This document shows positions 15,001-27,983 of a stretch of DNA of 64,000 nucleotides, in pieces. The notes beneath the pieces are model-generated. The model was not told the DNA's origin, did not search any database, and was given only the letters and a program-made list of their open reading frames with translations. Origin of the DNA: the human T2T-CHM13v2.0 reference genome, Homo sapiens. The position numbers and the translations under genes were made by a program. The stretch lies in the NCBI RefSeq assembly GCF_009914755.1, contig NC_060946.1; one strand, written 5' to 3'. Each line of letters starts with the position of its first letter. Within the stretch, counting starts at the first letter, position 1.

Positions 15001-18000
15001 TATGGGGGCATTGTGAGAAATCTCTGCACTGGTCACCCAGGTGATATAACTGTTGTGTAACCTCTGCCTACAGGGGAATTGTGAGAGATCTCGCCACTGA
15101 TTACCCAAGTGATGTAACCATTGTCTAGGCTTTGCGTACAGGGGGCTTTGTGACATACCTTTGCACTGATCACCCAGGTAATGTAACACATCTAAGTTGG
15201 GCCTAAAGGAGCTTTGTGACATATCTCTGCACTGATCACTTAGGTGATGTAACACTTTTATAATCACTGCCTACAGGGAATTTTGACAAATCTCTGCACT
15301 GATCACCTAGGTGATGTAACTCTTGTCTACCCTCTGTCCAACGGGGCATTGTGAAACATCTCTGCACTGATCACCCAGGTGATTCAACTCTTGACTAGGA
15401 ACTGCCTACAGAGTTTATTGTGAAATATCTCTGCATTGTTAAACTAGGTGGTGTAACCCTTGTCCAAGCTCTGCCTACAGGGGTGTTTCCACATATCCCT
15501 GAACTGATGACAAAGGTGATGTAACTCTTGCCTAGGCTTTGCCTACAGGGGACATTGGACATATATCTGCATTGATCACCCAGGTGATGCAACTCTTGCC
15601 TAGGATTTGCCTACAGGGGCATTGTGACATATCTCTTCAATGATCACTCATGTGATGCAACTCTTGCCTAGGCTTTGCCAACGGGGGACATTGTGACATA
15701 TCTCTGCACTGATCTCTCAGGTGCTGCAACTGTAGTCTAGGCTCTGGCTACACGACATTGTGACATATCACTGCACTGATCAACCAGGTGATATAACTCT
15801 TGTATACGCTCTGCCTACAGGGGGATTGTGACCTACCTCTGCACTGATCACCCAGGTGATATAACACTTCTCTAAGATCTGCCTACAGGGTACTTTGTGA
15901 CATATCCCTGCACTGATCACCGAGGTGATCTAACTCTGGTCTAAGCTCTGCCTAAAGGGGCATTGTGACAGATCTCTGCACTGATCACTCAGGTGATGTA
16001 ACTATTGTCTAGGCTCTGCTTCAAGGGGCCTTGTCACATATCTCTGCACTGATCACCCAGGTGATGTAACTCTTGTCTAGGCTGTGCTTCCAGGGCATAT
16101 TGTGACATATCTATGCACTGATCACCTTAATGATGTAACACTGGTGTAGGCTTGGCCTACAGGGGAATCTTGACATACCTCTGCACTGTTAACCGAGGTG
16201 ATTTAACTCTTGTCTAGGCTGTGCCCACAGGGGGATTGAGACATATCTCTGCACTGATCCCGAGGTGATCCAACTCTTGCCTGGTCTCTGCCTACTGGGG
16301 ACAGTGTGACATATCTCTGCACTGATCTCCCAGGTGCTGTAACATTAGTCTAGGCTCTGGCTACACGGCACTGTGACATATCACTGCACTGATCACCCAG
16401 GAGATATAACTCTTGTCTAGGCTCTGCCTACAATGTTCTTGTGACATATCTCTGCACTGATCACCCAGGTGATATAACTCTTCTCTAGGATCTGACCACA
16501 GGGTGCTTTGTGACATATCCCTGCAATGATCACCCAGGTGATATACCACTTGCTAAGGCTCTCCCTACAGGGGCATTGCAATGTATCTCTGTACTGATCA
16601 TCTAGGTCTTGTAAATCTTTTCTAGGATCTGCCTATAGGGTGCTTTGTGACGTATCCCAGCAAGGATTACCCAGGTGAGGTACCTCTCATCAAGGGTCTG
16701 CCTACAGGCACGTTGCGATGTATCTCTGCACTGATCACCTAGGTCATGTAACTTTTGTCTAGGCTCTGCCTACGATGACATTGTGATATATCTCTGCACT
16801 AATCATCCAAGTGATGTAACTCTTGTCTAGGATCTGCCTAAATTAACTTTGTGACATAACCCTGTACTTATCATCCAGGTGATGGGGCTTATGTCTAGGC
16901 TCTGCCTAATGGGGCATTGTGACATATTTCTGCATTGTTCACCCTGGTGACGGAATCTTCTCTTGGATCTGCCTATGGGGGCATTGTGACAAGTCTCTGC
17001 ACTGATCACCCAGGTGATGTAACTGTTGTGTAACCTCTGCCTACAGGGGAATTGTGAGAGATCTCGCCACTGATCACCCAAGTGATGTATCCATTGTCTA
17101 AGCTTTGCGTACAGGGTGCTTTGTGACATAACTTTGCACTGATCACCCAGGTGATGTAACACATCTAAGTTCCGCCTAAAGGAGCTTTGTGACATATCTC
17201 TGCACTGATCACGTAGGTGATGTAACACTTTTATAATCACTGACTACAGGGAATTTTGACAAATCTCTGCACTGATCACCTAGGTGATGTAACTCTTGTC
17301 TACCCTCTGTCCAACAGGGCATTGTGAAATATCTCTGCACTGATCACCCAGGTGATTCAACTCTTGACTAGGATCTGCCTATAGAGGTTATTGTGAAATA
17401 TCTCTGCACTGATAAACTAGGCGGTGTAACCCTTGTCCAAGCTCTGCCTACTGGGGCGTTTTCACATATCCTTGAACTGATGACAAAGGTGATGTAACTC
17501 TTGCCTAGGCTTTGCCTACAGGGGACATTGGACATATCTCTGCACTGATCCCGAGGTGATCCAACTCTTGCCTGGTCTCTGCCTACTGGGGACATTTTGA
17601 CATATCTCTGCACTGATCTCCCAGGTGCTGTAACTTTAGTCTAAGCTCTGGCTACACGGCATTGTGACATATCACTGCACTGATCACCCAGGTGATATAA
17701 CTCTTGTCTAGGCTCTGCCTACAATGGTCTTGTGACATATCTCTGCACTGATCACCCAGGTGATATAACTCTTCTCTAGGATCTGACCACAGGGTGCATT
17801 GTGACATATCCCTGCAATGATCACCCAGGTGATATACCACTTGCCAAGGCTCTGCCTACAGGGGCATTGCAATGTATCTCTGCACTGATCACCTAGGTCT
17901 TGTAACTCTTTTCTAGGATCTGCCTACAGGGTGCTTTGTGACGTATCCCAGCAAGGATTACCCAGGTGATGTACCTCTCATCAAGGCTCTGCCTACAGAC

Positions 18001-18550
18001 ACATTGCGATGTGTCTCTGCACTGATCATCTAGGCCATGTAACTTTTGTATAGGGTCTGCCTACGATGGCATTGTGATGTATCTCTGCACTAATCATCCA
18101 AGTGATGAAACTCTTGTCTAGGATCTGCCTAAATTAACTTTGTGACATAACCCTGTACTGATCATCCAGGTGATGGGGCTTTTGTCTAGGCTCTGCCTAA
18201 TGGGGCATTGTGACATATTTCTGCATTGATCACCCAGGTGACGAACTCTTCTCTTGGATCTGCCTATGGGGGCATTGTGACAAGTCTCTGCACTGATCAC
18301 CCAGGTGATGTGACTGTTGTGTAACCTCTGCCTACAGGGGAATTGTGAGAGATCTCGCCACTGATCACCCAAGTGATGTAACCATTGTCGAGGCTTTGCG
18401 TACAGGGGCTTTGTGACATACCTTTGCTCTGATCTCCCAGGTGATGTAACACATCTAAGTTCGGCCTAAAGGAGCTTTGTGACATATCTCTTCACTGATC
18501 ATTAGGTGATGTAACACTTTTATAAGCACTGCCTACAGGGAATTTTGACA
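1..18550. repeat. Beta-satellite higher-order repeat domain (~1,973-bp 29-mer with shorter and longer variants)
   Basis: Diagnostic monomer ggtggcgaactcttctctc (or its ggtgacg variant) recurs at 82, 1983, 3889, 5862, 7222, 9194, 12254, 13613, 14973, 16946 and 18237. Spacings are 1901, 1906, 1973, 1360, 1972, 3060, 1359, 1360, 1973 and 1291, i.e. about 28, 28, 29, 20, 29, 45, 20, 20, 29 and 19 monomers. Confidence 0.85.
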
Positions 18551-21500
18551 AATCTCTGCACTGATCATCTAGGTGATGTAACTCTTTTCTAGGATCTGCC
18601 TACAGAGGGCGTTGTGACATCACTCTGCACGGTTCACCCGGGTTATGTAACCCTTGTCTTGGCTCTGCCTACGGGGCATTGTGACTTTTCTCTGCACTGA
18701 TCACCCAGGAGATGTGACTCTTTTCTAAGCTCTGCCTAGAGGGACATTGGGACATATCTCTGCACTGATTGCTGAGGTGCTGTAAAACTTGTCTACGCTT
18801 TGCCTACAGTGGGTTTTATGACATATCTCTGCACTGATCTCCCAGGTGATGTAACTAGTGTCTAGGCTCTGCTTTCGGGGGTTATTGTGAGATACCTCTG
18901 CACTGACCACGCAGGTGATGTAGCTCTTTTCTAGGCTCTGCCTACAGGGGCATTTTCACATATCACTGCACTAATCACCGAGATGATGTAACTCTTTCAT
19001 TGGCTTCGCCAACAGGGGGCATTGAGACATACCTCTGCACTGATCACCGAGGTGATGCAACTCTTGTCTGGGATCTGCTACAGGGGGCATTGTGACATAT
19101 ATCTGCCCGGATCACCCAGGTGATGTAACTCTTTTCTAGGCAATGCCTACTGGAGTCAATGTGACATATCTCCGCACTGATCACCCAGGTGATGTCACTT
19201 TTGTCAAGGATATGGCTACAGGGACATTGTGACATGTATCTGCACTGATCACACAGCTGATGTAACTCTTGTCTAGGCTCTTGCTACAGGTGGCTTGGGA
19301 CACATATCTGCATTGATCACCCAGGTGATGTAACCATTTTCTAGGCTCTGCCAAAAGCGGACATTGTGACATAAATCTGCAGTGATCACCCAGGTGATGG
19401 GACTCTTGTCTATGCTCTACCTATAGGGGCATTGTGACATATCTCTGCAGTGATCACACAGGTGATGTAACTCTTGTCCATGTCTGCCTACTGGCGGCAT
19501 TGTGGCAAATTTCTTCACTCATCACCCAGGTTATGGACTCTTGTCTTGGATCTGCCAATGGGGGCGTAGTGACATATCTCTGCACTGATCACTCATGTGA
19601 TGTAACCCTTGTCTAAGCTGCGCCTAAAGGGGAGTTGTGACAGATATCTCCACTGGTCACCCAGGTGATTTAACAATTTTCTGGGATTTGTCTACATGGG
19701 ACTTTGTGACATATCGTTGCACTGATCACTCAGGAGATGAAACTCTTGGCTAGGCTCTGCCTGCAGGAGCTTTGTGACATATTTCTTCAGTGATCACCCA
19801 GGTGACGTAACTCTTGTCTAGGCTCCACCTACTGGGGGTATTGTGACGTATCTCTGCACTGATTACCCAGTTGTTGTAACATGTATCTAGGCTCTGCCTA
19901 TTGGGGCCTTTTCATATAACTCTGCACAGATCACAGAGGTTATGTAACTCTTGTCCACTCTCTGCCTACAGAGGGCATAGTGACATATCACTGCATTGAT
20001 CACCGAGGTGATGTAAGTCTTGTCCAGGCTCTGCCTATAGGGAGCCTTGTGACATATCTCTGCACTGATCATCTAGGTGATGTAACTCTTGCTTACGCTC
20101 TGCCTGCAGGGGAATTGTGAAATATCTCTACACTGATCACCCAGGTGATGGGACTCTACTCTAGGCTCTGCCTGCTGGGGGCATTGTCACATATTTCTGC
20201 ACTGATCACCGAGGTAACGGACACTTGTCTTGAATTTGCCTATGGGGGCATTGTGACATATATCTGCACTGATCACCCAGGTGATGTAACTCTGGTCTAA
20301 GCGCTGCTTAAAGGGGCATTGTGACAGATCTCTGCACTGATCACTCAGGTGATGTAACTATTGTCTAGGCTCTGCTTAAAGGGGTCTTGTCACATATCTC
20401 TGCACTGATCACCCAGGTGACGTAACTCTTGTCTAGGCTCTGCTTCCAGGGGGTATTATGACATATCTCCGCACTGATCACCTAAGTGATGTAACACTTT
20501 GTAGGCTCTGCCTACAGGGGCATTTTGACATATCTCTGCATGATAACCTGGGTGATGTAACTCTTGTCTAGGCTGTGCCCACAGGGGGATTGAGATATAT
20601 CCCTGCACTGATTCAAAGGTTATCCAACTCTTGTCTGGTCTCTGCCTACTGGGGACATTGTGACATATATCTGCATTGATCTCCAAGGGGCTGTAAGTTT
20701 AGTCTAGTCTCTGGCTACATGGCATCGTGACATATCACTGCACTGATCATCCAGATGATATACCCCTTGTCTATGCTCTGCCTACAGGGGGCCTGTGACA
20801 TATCTCTGTACTGATCACCCAGGTGGTATAACTCTTCCCTAGGATCTGCTTACAGGGTGCTTTGTTACATATCCCTGCAATGATCACCCAGGTGATATAC
20901 CACTTGTAAAGGCTCTGCCTACAGGGGCATTGCGATGTATCTCTGCACTGATCACCTAGGTCTTGTAACTCTTGTCTAGGCTCTGCCTAGAGTGGCATTG
21001 TGACATATCTCTGCACTCATCATCCAAGTGATGTAACACTTGTCTAGGATCTGCCTAAAGGGACTTTGTGACATAACTCTTCACTGATCACCCAAGTGAT
21101 GCAACTATTGTATAGGCTTTGCCTACATGAGACTTTGTGACATAACTTTGAACTGCTCATCCAGGTGATGTAACTCATCTAAATTCTGCCTACAGGAATT
21201 TTGTGACATATCTCTGCACTGATCACTTAGGTGATGTAACACTTTTCTCAGCACTGCTTACAGGGAATTTGGACAAGTCTCTGTACTGATCACCTAGGTG
21301 ATTCAACTGTTGTCTAGGATCTGCATACAGGGGGAATTTTGAAATATCTCTGCACTGATCAACTAGGTGATGTAACTCTTGTCTAGACTCTGCCTACAGG
21401 GGCGTTTTCACATATCCCTGAACTGATGACAAAGGTGATGTAACTCTTGCCTAGGCTTTGCCTACATGGGACATTGTGACATATCTCTGCACTGATCACC

Positions 21501-24500
21501 CAGGTGATGCAATTCTTCTCTATTCTCTGCCTACAGGGGATATTGTGACATATCTCTGCACTGATCACCCAGGTGATGCAACACTTCTCTATGCTCTGCC
21601 TACAGGGGATATTGTGACATATCTCTGCGCTGATCACCCAGGTGATGGGAATCTACTGTAGGCTCTGCGTACTAGGTGCATTGTCACATATTTCTGCACT
21701 CATCACCCAGGTGACGGACTCTTGTCTTGGATTTGCCTATGGGGGCATTGTGACATATCTCTGCACTGATCACCCAGCTGTTGTAACTCTGGTCTAAGCT
21801 CTGCCTAAAGGGGCATTGTGACAGATCTCTGCACTGATCACTCAGGTGATGTAACAATTGTCTTGGCTCTGCTTAAAGGGGCCTTGTCACATATATCTGC
21901 ACTGATCCCCCAGGTGATTTCACTCTTGTCTATGCTCTGCTTACAGGGGGTACTGTGACATATCTCTGCACTGATCACCTAAGTGTTGTAACATTTGTGT
22001 AGGCTCTGCCTATAGGAGCATTTTGACATATCTCTGCACTGTTAACCGAGGTTATGTAACTCTTGTCTTGGCTGTGCCCACAGGTGGATTGAGACATATC
22101 TCTGCACTGTTCCCGAGGTGATCCAACTCTTGCCTGGTCTCTGCCTACTGGGGACATTGTGACATATCTCTGCACTGATCTCCCAGGTGCTGTAACTTTA
22201 GTCTAGGCTCTGGCTACACGGCATCGTGACATATCACTGCACTGATCACCCAGGTGATATAACTCTTGTATAGGCTCTGCCTGCAATGTTCTTGTGACAT
22301 ATCTCTGCACTGATCACCCAGGTGCTATAACTTTTCTCTAGGATCTGCTTACAGGGTGCTTTGTGACATGTCCCTGCAATGATCACCCAGCTGATATACC
22401 ACTTGTCAAGGCTCGGCCTATAGGGGCATTGCAATGTATCCCTTGCACTGATCACCTAGGTCATGTAACTCTTGTCTAGGCTCTGCCTAGAGTGGCATTG
22501 TGACATATCTCTGCACTCATCACCCAGGTGATATAACTCTTTTCTAGGATCTGCCAAAAGGGAGTTTGTGACATAAATCTGCACTGATCATCCAGGTGAT
22601 GGGGATTTTGTCTAGGCTCTGACTAAAGGGGCATTGTGACATAATTCTGCATTGATCACCCAGGTGATGTACCACTTGTCAAGGCTCTGCCTACAGGGAA
22701 ATTGTGATGTATGTCTGCACTGATCTCCTAGGTCAATTAAGTCTTGTCTCGACTCTGTGCACAGTGCCATTGTGACATATCTCTGCACTGATCATCCAAG
22801 TGATGTAACAGTTGTCTAGGATCTGCCTAAAGGGACTTTGTGACATAACTCTGCACTGATCATCCAAGTAATGTAAATCTTCTCTAGGATCTGCCTAAAC
22901 GGATTTTGTGACATATCTCTGCACCGATCAAACAGGTGATGGGGAATTTTTCTGGGCTCTCCCTAAGGTGGCATTGTGACATATTTCTGCATTGATCACC
23001 CAGTTGACGGACTTTTCTCTTGGATCTGCCTATGGGGGCATTGTGACATATGTCTGCATTTATCACCCAGGTGAAGTAACTGTTGTATATGCTCTGCCTA
23101 CAGGGGAATTGTGAGAGATCTCGCCACTGATCACCCAAATGATGGAACGATAGACTAGGCTTTGCCTACAGGGGTCTTTGTGATATACCTTTGCACTGAT
23201 CACCCAGGTGATGTAACTCATCTACGTTCTGCCTACAGGAGCTTTGAGACATATCTCTGCACTGATCACTTAGGTGATGTAACACTTTTCAAAGCACTGC
23301 CTACAGGGAATTTTGACAAATCTCTGCACTGATCACCCAGGTGATGTAACTCTTGTCTACCATCTGCCCAAAGGGCGCATTGTGAAATATCTCTGCACTG
23401 ATCACCCACATGATTCAACTCTTGTCTAGGATCTGCCTACAGGGGGTTTTGTGAAATATCTCTGCGCTGATCAACTAGGTGATATAACTCCTGTCTAGGC
23501 TCTGCCTACAGGGGCGTTTTCACATATCCCTGAACTGATGACAAAGGTGATGTAACTCTTGCCTAGGCTTTGCCTGCAGGGGACATTGGACATATATCTG
23601 CACTGATCACCCAGGTGATGCAACTCTTCTCTAGCTGTGCCTACAGGGGGCATTGTGACATATCTCTACACTGATCACGCAGGTGATGTAACTCTTTTCT
23701 AGTCTCTGTCTACCGAGGACATTGTGATATCACTCTGCATGTATCACCCGGTTTATGTAACTCTTTTCTAGGCTCTGCCTATGGGGACATTGTGACTTAT
23801 CTCTGCACTGATCACCCAGGAGATGTAAGTCTTTTTGAAGCTCTGCCTAGAGGGACATTGGTACATATCTGTGTACTGATCGCTGAGGTGATGTAAAACT
23901 TGTCTAGGCTTTGCCTACAGTGGGATTTATGACATATCTGTACACTGATCACCCAGGTGATGTAACTCTCGTCTAGGCTCTGCTTACAGGGGGTTTTGTG
24001 CGATATCTCTGCACTGATCACCCAGGTGATGTAACTCTTGTCTAGGCTCTGCCTACAGGGGCATTTTAACATAGCACTGCACTGATCACCGAGATGATGT
24101 AACTCTTGTATAGGCTTCGCCGACATGGGGCATTGAGACATATCTCTGCACTGATCACGGAGGTGATGCAACTATTGTCTGGGATCTGCATACAGGGGGC
24201 ATTGTGACATATCTCTTCCCTGATCACCCAGCTGATGTAACTCTTGCTTAGTCTCTGCCAACTGGAGACATTGTGACATATCTCCGCAGTGATCACCCAG
24301 GTGATGTCACTATTATCAACAAATGGCTACAGGGACATTGTGACATATCACTGCACTGATCACACAGCTGATGTAACCCTTTTCTGGGCTCTGGCTACAC
24401 GGGTCTTGTGACACATCTCTGCACTGATCACCCAGGTGATGTAACCCTTGTCTAGGCTCTGCCAAAAGGGGGCATTGTGACATATCTCTGCACTGATCAC

Positions 24501-25652
24501 CCAGGTGATGGGACTCTTGAATAGGCTCTGCCTACACGTGCATTGTGACGTATCTCTGCAGTGATCACGCAGGTGATGCAACTCTTGTCTTTATCCGCCC
24601 ACTGGCGGCATTGTGGCATATTTCTGCACTGATCACCCAGGTGATGGACTCTTGTCTTGGATCTGCCTATGGGGGCATAGTGACATATATCTGCACTGAT
24701 CACTCATGTGATGTAACGCTTGTCTAAGCTGCGCCTAAAGGGGAATTGTGACAGATATCTCCACTGATCACCCAGGTGATGTAACAATTTTCTGGGATTT
24801 GTCTACAGGGGGCTTTGTGACATATCTTTGCACTAATCACCCAGGAGATATAACTCTTTTCTAGGCTCGGCCTTCAGGGGCTTTGTGACATATTTCTGCA
24901 CTGATCACCCAGGTGATGTAACTCTTGTCTAGGCTCCACCTACAGGGTGTATTGTGACGTATCTCTGCACTGATCACGTAGGTGATGTAACATTTATCAA
25001 GGCTCTGCCTATTGGGGAGTTTTGACATAGCTCTGCACAGATCACCTAGGTTATGTAACTCTTGTCCACTCTCTGCCTACAGGGGGCATTGTGAGATATC
25101 TCTGCACGGATCACCCAGATGATGGGACTCTTCTCTATACTCTACCTAGAGGGGGATTTGTGACATATCTCTGCACTGATCACCCAGGTGATGGAATTCT
25201 TGTCTAGGCTCTGTATATGGGGGCATTGTGTCAAATATCTGCACTGATCACCCGGGTGATGTAACTCCTTTCTAGGCTCTGTCTACAGGGACTTTTTTGT
25301 CATAACACTGCACTGATAACCTAGGTGATGTAAGCCTTGTATGGGCTTTGCCTACAGAAGGCTTTGTGGCATATCTATGCACTGATCTCTGAGGTGATGC
25401 AACTCTTGTCTAGGCACTGCCTACAGGGGACATTGGTACATATCTCTGCACTGATCACCCAGGTGATGGACTCTTGTCTTAGATCTGTCTACATGGACAT
25501 TGTGACACATCTCTGAACTGATCAACCAAGTGACGAAACTCTTGTCTAGGCTCTGCCTACAGGGGCTTTGTGACACATCTCTGCACTGATCACCCTCGGG
25601 AGGGATCTCTTGTCTATGCTCTGCTTACAGGAAGATTTGGGATTTATACCTG
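1..25652. repeat. Beta satellite (68-bp Sau3A/BSAT) tandem array
   Basis: Continuous ~68-bp monomers, consensus approx. tgcactgatcacccaggtgatgtaactcttgtctaggctctgcctacagggggcattgtgacatatctc, with a GATC (Sau3A) site in most monomers. Confidence 0.97.
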
Positions 25653-25919
25653 CCAGCAAACCCGCGGTTGTGCAGTAGGAGGCCCACCTGCTGGTACCTG
25701 GGCCGGCTCTGGGATCCCCGGGATGCCCAGGAAAGAATGGCAGTTCTCCACTATGTCGAGCCTCTCACCAAGCCTACACTTAGAAGGCAGGAATCCCAGG
25801 CCGGTCAGCCCAGTGGAGGGGGCGGGGGGAAGACACGCCCCTCCATAGCCAGCCAGGTGTTCCCCGCGAAAGAGAGGCCACCGGCCTGTCCCGACCCGAC
25901 CCTGTCCCAACCCAGCGTC

Positions 25920-27400
<1,481 letters not shown>

Positions 27401-27983
27401 AAGGGTCCCATGGCGTCAGGGCCTGCAGCCGGTGGGTGGTGGGGTGGGGGGGTTAGGGCGTGGTGATGGAGATGGTGAGGACGGAGACACGAAGAAGAAG
27501 GGGGCGAGGGGGAAGGGGCGAGGGGGGCGCGTTTCGGGGGCTGGCTCTCCGGACCTCTCCAGGAATCCCGCGGGAACTGGAAGGTGCTCTCTGGGCTCCC
27601 ACGCGCCTTCAGCAGGGAGAAACCGGCCTGGGAGTTTGGAGGGGAGTTTGGAACTGAACCTCCATGGGAGTCTTGAGTGCTCCATGCCCTCTCTCCGTGA
27701 AGGTGGCAGTGCCTATGGGTGTCGCCGTTGTCAGGACAGTGTCACAGAGGCAGGCTTGTGGCTCTCGTTCATTTCCACCTAGGAGACCAGAGCAAGACCC
27801 CAGAGAGAAGATGCCTCCACGGCGTGATGGCCTGAGGATGGATTCCCATGTGCGGCAACATGAGGAGTCTGCAGAGTGGCCGGTTTAGAACCTGGCAAGG
27901 AGAGCGAAGGCACCATGCGGGTCTTCAACCCTTCCCTGTATGTTTCTGGGTGCCCACAGAGCTGCGGGAGCAAACAGTCAGCA

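Noticed and set aside
203-25000. Many 60-137-aa ORFs with HHLGDQCRD, YITWVISAEICHN and Cys/His-rich motifs that resemble zinc fingers or repeat proteins
   Set aside because: They are translations of the 68-bp satellite in its different frames and recur in every satellite block. There is no coding signature.
1-25652. CRISPR-like array (regular palindromic motif with variable intervals)
   Set aside because: The intervening sequences are homologous to each other rather than unique spacers. There are no cas genes and the context is primate satellite.
27450-27458. Telomere-like GGGTTAGGG
   Set aside because: A single hexamer in a hypervariable G tract, absent from the other copies.
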